From the NCBI GenBank assembly GCA_023229865.1, contig JALNYL010000002.1:27577-91576 (forward strand): 64,000 nucleotides of DNA. Direction: 5' to 3'. The DNA comes from Minisyncoccota bacterium. GTDB lineage: Bacteria > Patescibacteriota > Minisyncoccia > Phycocordibacterales > UBA1550. A program made the position numbers and the translations under genes. Of this stretch, positions 36,359-45,566 are shown piece after piece; the stretch's first letter is position 1, and each line of letters begins with the position of its first letter. Under the pieces are notes generated by a model. The model worked only from the letters and a program-made list of their open reading frames with translations, was not told the DNA's origin and did no database searches.

Positions 36359-38548
36359 ATGCATAATCTCTTCCCAAAACTTACAGCAATTCTCTTCGGG
36401 GCTGTTTTCTTGCTGGGAGGGGCGTCGATGGCGGGAGCTCAAGAGGCTTCCGTTATCTACTTTTATAAATTCAAAACAAACTCCGCAGAGAGCACTCCTT
36501 TCCAGTTTAAAGATTTTTCCACAGCAGCAGATTGTAATACCTCTCGAAGCACTGCCCCAACCTACGGACTATCCCCTTGTGTAGGGACCACAGTCGCGGG
36601 ACTTAACGCATTAAAACAAGCCGAGCAACAAAGAATGTCGTCTCTTGAAGCACGCGCTCGAAGTGCTGAAGAGAACGCTCTTTTTAAGAAGCTCAATTGT
36701 AACCCTGTTGGATCAATCATTGGGGGAGTTTTTGGTGGCGAAGGAACTCTTGCTGAGTGTGTCCCTGTTGTTACTTATTATGTAATCTACAAACCTGCCT
36801 CATGGCTCCTTATAGGTTCTGGTTTTATTTTTGACGCGATGCTTACATTGAGTATCGATAGCTCGTTTGTTAATCAAGAGTTTGTAGTAAGCACATGGAG
36901 TGTGGTGCGTGATTTCTCAAACATGCTCTTCATCTTCATCCTCCTTTATACAGGAGTGCAAACAGTCCTGGGAATAGGGAATTGGAGAAAGACAGTGCTT
37001 ATGGTCATCGTGATGGCACTCCTTATCAACTTCAGCCTCTTCTTTACTAAGGTTGTTATCGATGCGGGTAATGTGCTTGCGGTGGGAATATACAACAGCA
37101 TGGGAACTGAAAAGCCAACTGAGTTTCAGAGCTTTCAGAGCCCAGGGAAGGTCCACGAGCGTGACATTTCAGGTAGCCTTGCGGGGGCATTCCACCCAGA
37201 AAAATTCTTAAAGGTCTCAGGTGATGTCGATGCTCTTGATGCCACTATCGTATTCCTCATCGCAGCAATCGTCAGCGGTTACGCAGGATACATCTTTTTT
37301 AAAGCAGCACTCCTTTTTATTGGGCGTCTCGTAGCCTTTTGGTTCTTAATGATTGTCTCTCCGTTTGCATTTATTTCTATTGCCCTCCCCGCGGGAGCAA
37401 ACAAGTTCCAATCATGGCTTGACGAGCTGATTAGCCAAGCATTTATGGCGCCCGTATTCCTCTTCCTTATTTACCTCATTATGAAAGTCATTAGTGCGGG
37501 AGACGGCATCCTTGGGGCTCTTGTAAAACAGTCTGGCTCGAGCGTGGGAGCGTTTACTTTTGACAAAGTTCTTGCGCCCGTGATTATCGCCGCGATTCTT
37601 ATGTTCGCCCTTGAGCAAGCTTTTGGGTTTGCTAAAAAAATGTCAGGTGCCTTTGGTGAGTTTGGCTCAAGTCTCGGCGGGGCAGTAATGGGAATTGCAG
37701 GAGCAGGTCTTGTAGGGGGAGCAGCACGAGCTGGTCGCGTAGCTATTGGGGGGACAGCGCAGAGAATTTTGGATAGTGATAGACTTCAGGGCTTAGCGGC
37801 AAGTAAAAACACTTGGGCGCGCGCAACAGGAATCACCACCCTCGCACAAGGAGGAGTTCTTGCTGCAAACAAAGCAAAAGATGCTACTTACGATGTTCGC
37901 AATATCGGCGGAGCTATTGGAAAGGGAATCGGGACACTTGGAATGGGTAAGGGCGGGAAACTAAACTACGAAAAAGAAGAGGAGGCTTTTGTAAAAGAGC
38001 AGAAAAAACGCGCCGCAATGTTTGAGGTTGGTTCAGGGGCTGCACAAAAGGTCACCGTAGAAAAAACAAAAGAAACAGTCAAAGAAACTAAAGAGACTGT
38101 TAAAGAGCTCAAGGAGGTGAGAACGAAGGCGTCCGAAGAACTCAAGAAGGCAACCACAAAAGACACTGAGATGCGTAGCTCGGGGACATTTGACGAGGGG
38201 GTAAAGAGGGTTCTCGACGAGGCGAAGAGAAAGGACAAAGAAGCACAAGAGAGGCTTGAAGAGGCAGAGAAGAAAGCAGTTGAGGCAGAGCTTGCCGAAA
38301 AAGAAGCTTCCAAGGTTCTCAACACTGAGGATGAGCGCCGTCGAGGAGTACAGGGGAAGCAGGCTGCATTCTTCCATAAGCCATTCTCATCAGAAGAGAG
38401 AAAGAAGATTCGCGCAAAGATTCGCGAAGGAAAAACTTCAAAAGAAAAGGATGATGAAGACATAGCAAAAACACTCAAAAAGCTTGCGGAAAAGCTTCCA
38501 AAGGACGAAAAGGAGAAGGAAGAAAAGAAGGAAACTAGCGGACACTAA
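36359..38548 (+). CDS. VirB6/TrbL-like polytopic membrane protein with long charged coiled-coil C-terminus
   Basis: 729 aa. Signal peptide, ~130-aa periplasmic region, then 5-6 TM helices with large hydrophobic blocks (MLFIFILLYTGVQTVLGIG.., IVFLIAAIVSGYAGYIFFKAALLFIG..). C-terminal ~200 aa is K/E-rich coiled coil. Confidence 0.45.
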   Translation: MHNLFPKLTAILFGAVFLLGGASMAGAQEASVIYFYKFKTNSAESTPFQFKDFSTAADCNTSRSTAPTYGLSPCVGTTVAGLNALKQAEQQRMSSLEARARSAEENALFKKLNCNPVGSIIGGVFGGEGTLAECVPVVTYYVIYKPASWLLIGSGFIFDAMLTLSIDSSFVNQEFVVSTWSVVRDFSNMLFIFILLYTGVQTVLGIGNWRKTVLMVIVMALLINFSLFFTKVVIDAGNVLAVGIYNSMGTEKPTEFQSFQSPGKVHERDISGSLAGAFHPEKFLKVSGDVDALDATIVFLIAAIVSGYAGYIFFKAALLFIGRLVAFWFLMIVSPFAFISIALPAGANKFQSWLDELISQAFMAPVFLFLIYLIMKVISAGDGILGALVKQSGSSVGAFTFDKVLAPVIIAAILMFALEQAFGFAKKMSGAFGEFGSSLGGAVMGIAGAGLVGGAARAGRVAIGGTAQRILDSDRLQGLAASKNTWARATGITTLAQGGVLAANKAKDATYDVRNIGGAIGKGIGTLGMGKGGKLNYEKEEEAFVKEQKKRAAMFEVGSGAAQKVTVEKTKETVKETKETVKELKEVRTKASEELKKATTKDTEMRSSGTFDEGVKRVLDEAKRKDKEAQERLEEAEKKAVEAELAEKEASKVLNTEDERRRGVQGKQAAFFHKPFSSEERKKIRAKIREGKTSKEKDDEDIAKTLKKLAEKLPKDEKEKEEKKETSGH

Positions 38549-38555
38549 TTAAAAA

Positions 38556-39386
38556 ATGAACGAAGAAATTCAAAAAATCATTGAGGAACAACTCCCGAAA
38601 CTCCCAAAAGAAGTTGTGACTTTTTTGTCGTCAGCAAGTTGGGACGAGCACATACTGGAGATCAGCACGCTTTATAATCTCCCTGAAGATGAAGTAGCGA
38701 GTCTTAAAAATGAAGTAATTTTTGTTCTTATTGGACTAACGCCCCCTGATGAATTCAAAGAGATTCTTAGTGAGGAGACAGCTCTTCGAGGCTCTGTCCT
38801 TGATGCAGTCGTTTCTGCGGTGGAGAATAAAATCTTTGCTCCCGTTCGCCCCGCTCTTGCTGTGTTTTTTGAACAAGAAGCAGCACTTGCTACTGAATTC
38901 CCAGAAGAAGTATCTTTGGGGGTCGCAAAGGAGGCGACAGGAGAGGAGCCCCTTGCGGCACAAGGAGAGATAGTAGAAACACCGCAGGAAGCAGGGACTC
39001 TTCAGCTCGCGCCAACAACGGAGGAGATTATTCCTGCTCCATCAGTAGAAAAATTTACTTCACCCTTCTCCGCCATTATCCAACCAACACAAGTAAGAAC
39101 ATGGGAGAAAACCCCTGAGGTCGTCCCTGACAATCTTCCTACTGAGGACGCCGCGGAATCATTCTTGCCAAACCTTACCCCAAAAACTGTTGCGCAAACA
39201 GAAACTACTACAACCGCAGAACCAGAAGGGCACCCCTTTGAAGAAAAGATGAAGAAAGTATTTACCGCAGGACAGCAGTCGATGGGAGAGCTCGCTATTG
39301 AGCAAACAGTGCCGGCCACAAGCACCCCAGAGCGAAATGCTCCCCCCATTTATCACACAGACCCCTACCGCGAACCAATCGAATAG
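38556..39386 (+). CDS. Hypothetical acidic protein (T4SS-like cluster)
   Basis: 276 aa. E/P/T-rich, low complexity in the C-terminal half. Confidence 0.4.
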   Translation: MNEEIQKIIEEQLPKLPKEVVTFLSSASWDEHILEISTLYNLPEDEVASLKNEVIFVLIGLTPPDEFKEILSEETALRGSVLDAVVSAVENKIFAPVRPALAVFFEQEAALATEFPEEVSLGVAKEATGEEPLAAQGEIVETPQEAGTLQLAPTTEEIIPAPSVEKFTSPFSAIIQPTQVRTWEKTPEVVPDNLPTEDAAESFLPNLTPKTVAQTETTTTAEPEGHPFEEKMKKVFTAGQQSMGELAIEQTVPATSTPERNAPPIYHTDPYREPIE

Positions 39387-39444
39387 AACATTAAAAAGAA
39401 AAGGCCCTCATCACTGAGGGCCTTTGAGTTGTGTTTCGTTTCGA

Positions 39445-40197
39445 TTACTTCGCCGGAGATACAGCCGGAACGCCAGAAGCGGCGGCTGCATTCAGCTTGT
39501 CCATTGCGGGCACGAGCTTATTGAAGCCATCGGCGAACTCGGTTGCAATCACTTGCATGGAGATGTTTTTGCTGATCTCCCCCGACAAAACGTCAGGGGT
39601 ATCCACCGCCATGAGTGCAACGCCGAGATTGGTGTCGTCGCTCTTGGCCTGTCCGAGGACAGAAGCAATGGACTCGCCGGTCTCCATATCAACAACAGAC
39701 AGCGTAACCATAGCCTCAGTGAAACGCAGGTCATGCATCCCCCTCGACATTTCTTTTTGGGCGAGGAGTCCACCGAAAAGTGGGATTCGGCGGACGGCGC
39801 CAGCGGTTACAGCATTGTAGCTGTTCCCGATGACGGGTTGTGCCATTTCCATTTTCAGCTTGAATTTAACGCCGGCAGTGCCCGGTTCAACGAGAGTAAA
39901 GCAACCAGCCTGTTTTACCGCGTGACGGACAGTCACATCCACCATCGGGAAAGGGAGGCCGACACGGTTGAACATGAACGACAGCGATTTCGAAGAATTG
40001 TCCTCGAGAACCGCGCGGCCGTAGTTCTTGGCGCACTTGGAGAGCGCCGAAGCTGCTGGCTTCGCTGCTTCGGGAGCGGATGCCGCCGAAGGTGTTGCCG
40101 AGGTGCTGTTCACCAGATCGGTGATGTCAGCAGATGCGGAACCAACGAACAGAACGAACAGAAACAGGATCGAAACGAGATTTTGAATGAACTTCAT
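39445..40197 (-). CDS. Secreted protein (CsgG/LpoB-like fold suspected); GC-rich, opposite strand inside the T4SS-like cluster
   Basis: 250 aa. Clear signal peptide MKFIQNLVSILFLFVLFVGSASA. By eye the gene looks substantially more GC-rich than the window average. The overlapping plus-strand 269-aa ORF is an R/C-rich antisense artefact. Confidence 0.5.
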   Translation of the reverse strand: MKFIQNLVSILFLFVLFVGSASADITDLVNSTSATPSAASAPEAAKPAASALSKCAKNYGRAVLEDNSSKSLSFMFNRVGLPFPMVDVTVRHAVKQAGCFTLVEPGTAGVKFKLKMEMAQPVIGNSYNAVTAGAVRRIPLFGGLLAQKEMSRGMHDLRFTEAMVTLSVVDMETGESIASVLGQAKSDDTNLGVALMAVDTPDVLSGEISKNISMQVIATEFADGFNKLVPAMDKLNAAAASGVPAVSPAK

Positions 40198-40367
40198 GAT
40201 TGCTCTCCTTGTCTACGGTTGAGTTTCAAATGAGAAGAATAATGCTTTTCCCAAGTAACAGCATAGCAGATATTAAAATTTTGTCAACCCCCTAAATTAG
40301 TTCAATATTTTAAACAATAGAGTATAATACTCATACAGAAGGACGTATTTCCCAATATTCTACCCTC

Positions 40368-40829
40368 ATGCAATTTCACATCCCCCAGTACATCGATATC
40401 GAGGACAAGCTCTTTGGTCCACTTACTCTTAAGCAGGCGATTTATTTAGCTGGTGGCGCAGGTGGTATTTATTTGTTCTACCGCATTATCCCCTATATGT
40501 TTATCAAAGCGCCAATTATTTTGGCGATTGCGGTCCTCACGTGGGCACTCGCATTTTTCCCAAAAGAAAAACTAGGGAAACCATTTATCGATGTTCTTGA
40601 AGCAGCCTTTGCTTATATGCTCAAGGACAAGCTCTACACGTGGAAAAAAACAACGAAAGAGGCTGGTGCAAAAAAAGAAGAAGACTTTTTACCTTCTGTT
40701 CCAATAGCGACCCCTTCGGTCTCTGTGGGGAAACTCTCTAGCGCTTCGTTTGATCTCGACGTTCGCGGAGCCCAAAAAGGAGTGGAGGAACAAGACAAAA
40801 CGGGGAAAGATAGTGATATACTAAAGTAA
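40368..40829 (+). CDS. PrgI/VirB3-like small membrane protein
   Basis: 153 aa. DKLFGPLTLKQAIYLAGGAGGIYLFY resembles the PrgI-family fGpLTxrQ signature, followed by two TM helices. Confidence 0.45.
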   Translation: MQFHIPQYIDIEDKLFGPLTLKQAIYLAGGAGGIYLFYRIIPYMFIKAPIILAIAVLTWALAFFPKEKLGKPFIDVLEAAFAYMLKDKLYTWKKTTKEAGAKKEEDFLPSVPIATPSVSVGKLSSASFDLDVRGAQKGVEEQDKTGKDSDILK

Positions 40830-40833
40830 TACC

Positions 40834-41487
40834 ATGGCAGTTAAATCAAAAGCAGCACAAGATTTTGTTCCCATTAAAGAAATCCGCGACGGTGTCGTGA
40901 TTTTAAAAGACGGAACCATCCGTATGCTTCTTATGGCATCTTCGGTCAACCTCGCCCTCAAGTCTTCAGATGAGCAACAGGCGGTTTTGATGCAGTTCCA
41001 AAGTTTTTTGAACTCCCTAGAATTTTCAACTCAGGTATTTATCCAATCACGCCGTCTCGACATTCGCCCCTACCTTATTCTTCTTGAAGAGCGCCTCCAT
41101 GAGGAAGTCAACGATCTTCTTAAAATTCAGATTCGCGAATATATGGGCTTCGTAAAAACCATTGCTCAGTCCACCAATATTATGAGCAAGCTCTTTATTA
41201 TTGTTGTTCCTTACGCGCCACCAAAATCAGTTACGAGCTCTTCGTCATCAAGTGGGGGATTTAGCCTCTTTGGAGGGAAGAAGGACACAAGCAGCACTCC
41301 ATCGCAAAGCGCCGTCGAGGCTTTTGAGGAGGCACGCACACAGCTCGAGCAGCGCGCAGGTATTATCAGTCAAGGGCTCGCGCGCACGGGGGTTCGCGTG
41401 GTTCCCCTTGGTACTGAGGAGCTCACCGAGCTTTACTATCGCCTATTCAACCCAGGAGAGGTAGAGAAGAAGGTCGACGTAAGATAA
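40834..41487 (+). CDS. VirB4/TrbE-family ATPase, N-terminal domain fragment (separate ORF)
   Basis: 217 aa. AQDFVPIKEIRDGVVILKDGTIRMLLMASSVNL is the characteristic N-terminus of Gram-positive-type VirB4/TcpF/PrgJ ATPases. It ends 14 nt before, and in a different frame from, the ATPase ORF. Confidence 0.6.
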   Translation: MAVKSKAAQDFVPIKEIRDGVVILKDGTIRMLLMASSVNLALKSSDEQQAVLMQFQSFLNSLEFSTQVFIQSRRLDIRPYLILLEERLHEEVNDLLKIQIREYMGFVKTIAQSTNIMSKLFIIVVPYAPPKSVTSSSSSSGGFSLFGGKKDTSSTPSQSAVEAFEEARTQLEQRAGIISQGLARTGVRVVPLGTEELTELYYRLFNPGEVEKKVDVR

Positions 41488-41500
41488 CAAAACTATTTTT

Positions 41501-43342
41501 ATGATTAATTTTTTTGGAAACAAACAACCAACAACTACAGAGGCAGAAAAAAATTCTGTCCCCGTACTCCCTCAAGACCTTTACGCTGATACAGGCCTCA
41601 ACCTCGCTGATGTTATTGCTCCTTCTGCCGTAAAAATAGAATCCAAAGAACTCATCCTGGGAGAAAAGGTTGTGCGCTCATTTTTCATCACCTCATATCC
41701 AAGCGTTGTCACCGACAACTGGCTTTCTCCGCTCATCAACCTCGACAAAGTTTTTGATATTGCGATTTATATCCACCCTGTCGACACAGCAGACATAATG
41801 AAGAAGTTTGAAAAGAAGGTTGCTGAGGTTCAAAGCCAGATCAATGTCCGCGAAAGTAAGGGTTTTGTCCGTGACCCAATGCTCGAGTCAGCATATCGCG
41901 ATCTCGAAGAGCTTCGTGATCGTCTCCAGCAAGCGCAGGAAAAAATGTTTGACGTAGGACTTTATATAACCCTTTACGCTGACAGTGAGGAGGAGCTCAA
42001 TCATGCCGAAGCAGAGATCAAGTCAATGCTCGAGTCACGTCTTATCTACATTCGCCCAGCACTCTTTCAACAAGAAGAAGCTTTTCAAAGTATTATTCCG
42101 GTCAACAGTGACAAGATCGCGGTCACAAAAAAGATTAACTCGGAGCCACTCTCGAGCTTCTTCCCGTTTGTGTCATTCGACCTCACATCAGACAAAGGGA
42201 TTCTCTATGGTATCAACCGTCACAACTCTTCGCTTGTTCTCTTCGACCGCTTCTCTCTCGAGAACTACAATTCGGTTACTTTTGCGAAGTCTGGTTCTGG
42301 TAAATCATTTGCAACAAAGCTCGAAATTTTGCGTAGTTTGATGTTTGATATCGATGTCATCGTTATCGACCCAGAGCGTGAATATGAGTCAATGGCCGAA
42401 GCAGTGGGTGGCCGTTATTTCAATATTTCTCTCAACTCCGAACACCACATCAACCCATTTGACCTTCCTGTTCCTCGCGAAGATGAATCTCCTGCGGATG
42501 TTCTTCGTGCAAACATCATTTCTCTTGTTGGACTCTTCCGTATCATGCTTTCAGGACTCAGCCCGGAGGAGGATGCTATCGTCGACCGCGCGATCTCAGA
42601 AACATACGCACTTAAAGACATTACTCCTGACTCAGACTTCTCTGCGATAGAGCCACCACTTCTCTCTGACTTTGAAATGGTGCTTTCAGGAATGGAGGGA
42701 GCAGAAGGTATTCTTACTAAGCTCACCAAATACACCCGCGGATCATGGGCAGGATTCATCAATAATCCTTCAAACGTCGACATCAACCGTAAATTCATCG
42801 TCTTCTCAGTGCGCGACATGGAAGACGACTTGAAGCCTGTGGCAATGTACCTCGTGACACACTTTATTTGGAACGCAGTGCGTCGCACACTCAGAAAGCG
42901 TCTCCTTGTGGTGGATGAGGCTTGGTGGATGATGAAGTCCGAAGACACGGCCGCCTTCCTCTATGCGCTCGCAAAACGTGGCCGTAAATACTACCTCGGA
43001 ATCGCGACGATCACCCAGGACGTAAACGACTTCTTGAAATCCCCATACGGCTTGCCAATTATGACCAACTCGTCAATTCAGATTCTTCTTAAGCAGTCGC
43101 CGACATCAATCGATGCCGTCCAAAAAGCTTTCAACCTTACTGACGAGGAGAAATTCTTGCTTCTTGAGTCAGGAGTAGGGGAGGGCATCTTCTTTGCCGG
43201 AATGAAGCACGTGGCTATCCGTTCTATTGCTTCCTACACCGAGGAACAAATCATCACCTCAGACCCAGGGCAGATCCTCGCTATCAAAAAAGCAAAGCGC
43301 GAACTCGCGGAAGCAGAAGCATCAGGAGGGGGAAGTATCTAA
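41501..43342 (+). CDS. VirB4/TrbE/CagE-family type IV secretion ATPase (ATPase domain)
   Basis: 613 aa. Walker A FAKSGSGKSF. Walker B LLVVDEAWWM. C-terminal GIATITQDV..TNSSIQILLKQS motif block typical of VirB4. Confidence 0.8.
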   Translation: MINFFGNKQPTTTEAEKNSVPVLPQDLYADTGLNLADVIAPSAVKIESKELILGEKVVRSFFITSYPSVVTDNWLSPLINLDKVFDIAIYIHPVDTADIMKKFEKKVAEVQSQINVRESKGFVRDPMLESAYRDLEELRDRLQQAQEKMFDVGLYITLYADSEEELNHAEAEIKSMLESRLIYIRPALFQQEEAFQSIIPVNSDKIAVTKKINSEPLSSFFPFVSFDLTSDKGILYGINRHNSSLVLFDRFSLENYNSVTFAKSGSGKSFATKLEILRSLMFDIDVIVIDPEREYESMAEAVGGRYFNISLNSEHHINPFDLPVPREDESPADVLRANIISLVGLFRIMLSGLSPEEDAIVDRAISETYALKDITPDSDFSAIEPPLLSDFEMVLSGMEGAEGILTKLTKYTRGSWAGFINNPSNVDINRKFIVFSVRDMEDDLKPVAMYLVTHFIWNAVRRTLRKRLLVVDEAWWMMKSEDTAAFLYALAKRGRKYYLGIATITQDVNDFLKSPYGLPIMTNSSIQILLKQSPTSIDAVQKAFNLTDEEKFLLLESGVGEGIFFAGMKHVAIRSIASYTEEQIITSDPGQILAIKKAKRELAEAEASGGGSI

Positions 43343-43412
43343 AAACAAAAGTCCACAAAAAGATCCTTCTTTTTGTGGACTTTTGCTGAATATTCGCGGT
43401 ATAATAAAATAT

Positions 43413-44534
43413 ATGTATCAAAGGCAGACACTACTCCTTGGTGCTCTTGTAAGCATTTTTTGTGTGCCTCTTTTTGTTTTTGCACAGACATCAACGACAA
43501 CAGCGGAACAACCAAACGCAAGTGATGCATTTCAACAAAAAATCAACGAGCTTATTCAGCGACAACTCGACGCTGCTCCAACAGCAGAAGAAATTCTCAT
43601 AAAAGCAGTTGCCGACAACCTTGAAGTAAAAACGGTTCCATCAAAACCAAGCCCCAACGAATCTGTAAAAGTGTCTATCCAAAGCTATCTCATTGATCTC
43701 AATAAAGCATCAATTGTGTGGACCCTCAATGGGAAAGTGGCACTAAGTGGTGTCGGAGAAAAAGTATTTACATTCACCACGGGGAACAGTGGAGAAACAA
43801 CGACACTTCTTGTTTCCATGACGGCGAACACAGGGGAGGTAATAACTAAAGAATTTTCTTGGACCCCTGTTGGGGTTACTCTCTTTTGGGAAGCGGACAC
43901 ATACACCCCTCCTTTTTATAAAGGGAAGCCACTTCTTTCCTACGAGGCAAAAGTAACGGTTATAGCAACCCCCGACAACACAGACTCAAAAAATGCACTC
44001 AGTGCAGGAAATCTTGTTTACACTTGGAAGAAAAAAGGGATGACAGACGCCAGTGTTTCTGGGTATGGGAAAAATTCATTTTCTTTTACAGGACCAAGAC
44101 CATTCAGCACAACCAATGCTAGTGTCTTGGTATCCTCTGTTGATGATGCAATTAATTCTGAAGCAAAGGTTAATCTTTCTCTTTCAACCCCCTTTATTCT
44201 TTTTTACGAAAATCATCCACTCTTAGGGACTCTTTACAATAAACCATTTGGAAAAGGAATGAGTCTCTCAAGTAAGGAGCTTTCGATAAGCGCTGCTCCT
44301 TACTTCTTCTCAAAAGAGCCGGCAACAACACAAACAATGCAATATAACTGGACAACAAACGGAAGACCTGTTCAGAACGAAGGAAAAAACATTACGCTTC
44401 GTAACGAAAAAGGAGAGGTTGGGTCTGCCGAAGTTTCTCTGTCAGTAAGGGGTCTCCGCCAAACTTTCCAAACAGCTAGTCAAAACCTTCGCATTGATTT
44501 TACAGAAGACACGTCAAATAAGCCTTTATTTTAA
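43413..44534 (+). CDS. Hypothetical secreted protein (T4SS-like cluster)
   Basis: Signal peptide MYQRQTLLLGALVSIFCVPLFVFAQ. Beta-rich S/T-rich body. The start is taken at the ATG at 43413. Confidence 0.45.
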   Translation: MYQRQTLLLGALVSIFCVPLFVFAQTSTTTAEQPNASDAFQQKINELIQRQLDAAPTAEEILIKAVADNLEVKTVPSKPSPNESVKVSIQSYLIDLNKASIVWTLNGKVALSGVGEKVFTFTTGNSGETTTLLVSMTANTGEVITKEFSWTPVGVTLFWEADTYTPPFYKGKPLLSYEAKVTVIATPDNTDSKNALSAGNLVYTWKKKGMTDASVSGYGKNSFSFTGPRPFSTTNASVLVSSVDDAINSEAKVNLSLSTPFILFYENHPLLGTLYNKPFGKGMSLSSKELSISAAPYFFSKEPATTQTMQYNWTTNGRPVQNEGKNITLRNEKGEVGSAEVSLSVRGLRQTFQTASQNLRIDFTEDTSNKPLF

Positions 44535-44537
44535 ATT

Positions 44538-45557
44538 ATGAAAAAATACTTTTTACCAGCGGTCGTCTCTTTCTTTCTCCTCTTTTCAGTAGGGGTGCTC
44601 TCTGCGTACGCTCAAGTAGAGGCAAACTACACCCCCCTCGCCCCCCTGCCAGGAACAACAATTCAGAGTGGTGACGGAGCTGGCACAACAAACATCTCAA
44701 CGTACGTTGCAGGAATGATCAAGCTCCTTGTTGCTCTCGGAGCGGCGCTTGCCGTCCTCTTTGCGATTATTGGTGGGACGCAGTATGTCGCCGCAAGTAT
44801 CAACCCCGCAGCAAAGGCTGGAGCACTTGAGCGCATCCAAAACTCTCTTGTTGGCTTGGCAATTATTCTCTCTTCGTATCTTGTTTTAAACTCTATCAAC
44901 CCAGACTTAGTAAACTTTAAACTTGAACTTCCCCCTGTTACGGTACGACATGAGGTAAATGTTACCGCAGGAGGTTCAACAATAGATGATGCTGGGTGCC
45001 CCACCATCACCACCCCTTCTGTTCTTTTAAATTCGACAGAGTCTCAACAACTAGAATCTGGAGCAACGGTTGTTTTCACGGCAAGCGATGCAACTGCAGA
45101 CGTACAGGCCAACCTACAAACACTGCAAGGGGAATCAAATAAACTAATCCTTGCCCTCCCACAACTTAACTCTGGGATAAAGGCCACCGTTACCTCTGCA
45201 TACCGCCCATATGTATATCAAAAACATTTGTATGAAATATATGACACATGGGTCAAAAAAGATCTAAAAAACAACACCAACCCGGCCTGCGCCGCAAACA
45301 AAACCTTCGTTGGGGCCGAATCAACAAAACACTTTGGCCCTAATGGTCCCGGACTCGTTGCGAACCCAGACGGACAAATCGCTCCTCACACAAAAGGCAC
45401 AGGGATCGATATTAAATTAGAGGGGATTGAGTATGGGAATTTTACGGCTTATGGGTACGCTGATATTAACGATTTTATGGTCCACAACGGTATTTATCTC
45501 AGCTGGCAAGGTCTCCAGAATGACAAGGTTCACTTTAACTTGAGAAGTAGGCCATAA
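44538..45557 (+). CDS. Putative VirB2/TrbC-like pilin-domain protein with C-terminal extension
   Basis: Signal peptide then two hydrophobic helices separated by a short loop (MIKLLVALGAALAVLFAIIGGTQYV / LVGLAIILSSYLVLNSINP), as in T4SS pilins. Followed by a ~200-aa soluble domain. Confidence 0.3.
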   Translation: MKKYFLPAVVSFFLLFSVGVLSAYAQVEANYTPLAPLPGTTIQSGDGAGTTNISTYVAGMIKLLVALGAALAVLFAIIGGTQYVAASINPAAKAGALERIQNSLVGLAIILSSYLVLNSINPDLVNFKLELPPVTVRHEVNVTAGGSTIDDAGCPTITTPSVLLNSTESQQLESGATVVFTASDATADVQANLQTLQGESNKLILALPQLNSGIKATVTSAYRPYVYQKHLYEIYDTWVKKDLKNNTNPACAANKTFVGAESTKHFGPNGPGLVANPDGQIAPHTKGTGIDIKLEGIEYGNFTAYGYADINDFMVHNGIYLSWQGLQNDKVHFNLRSRP

Positions 45558-45566
45558 CCAAAAACA

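Noticed and set aside
39424-40233. 269-aa plus-strand ORF overlapping the GC-rich gene
   Set aside because: R/C/H-rich composition typical of antisense translation of GC-rich DNA. The minus-strand frame has a canonical signal peptide and protein-like composition.
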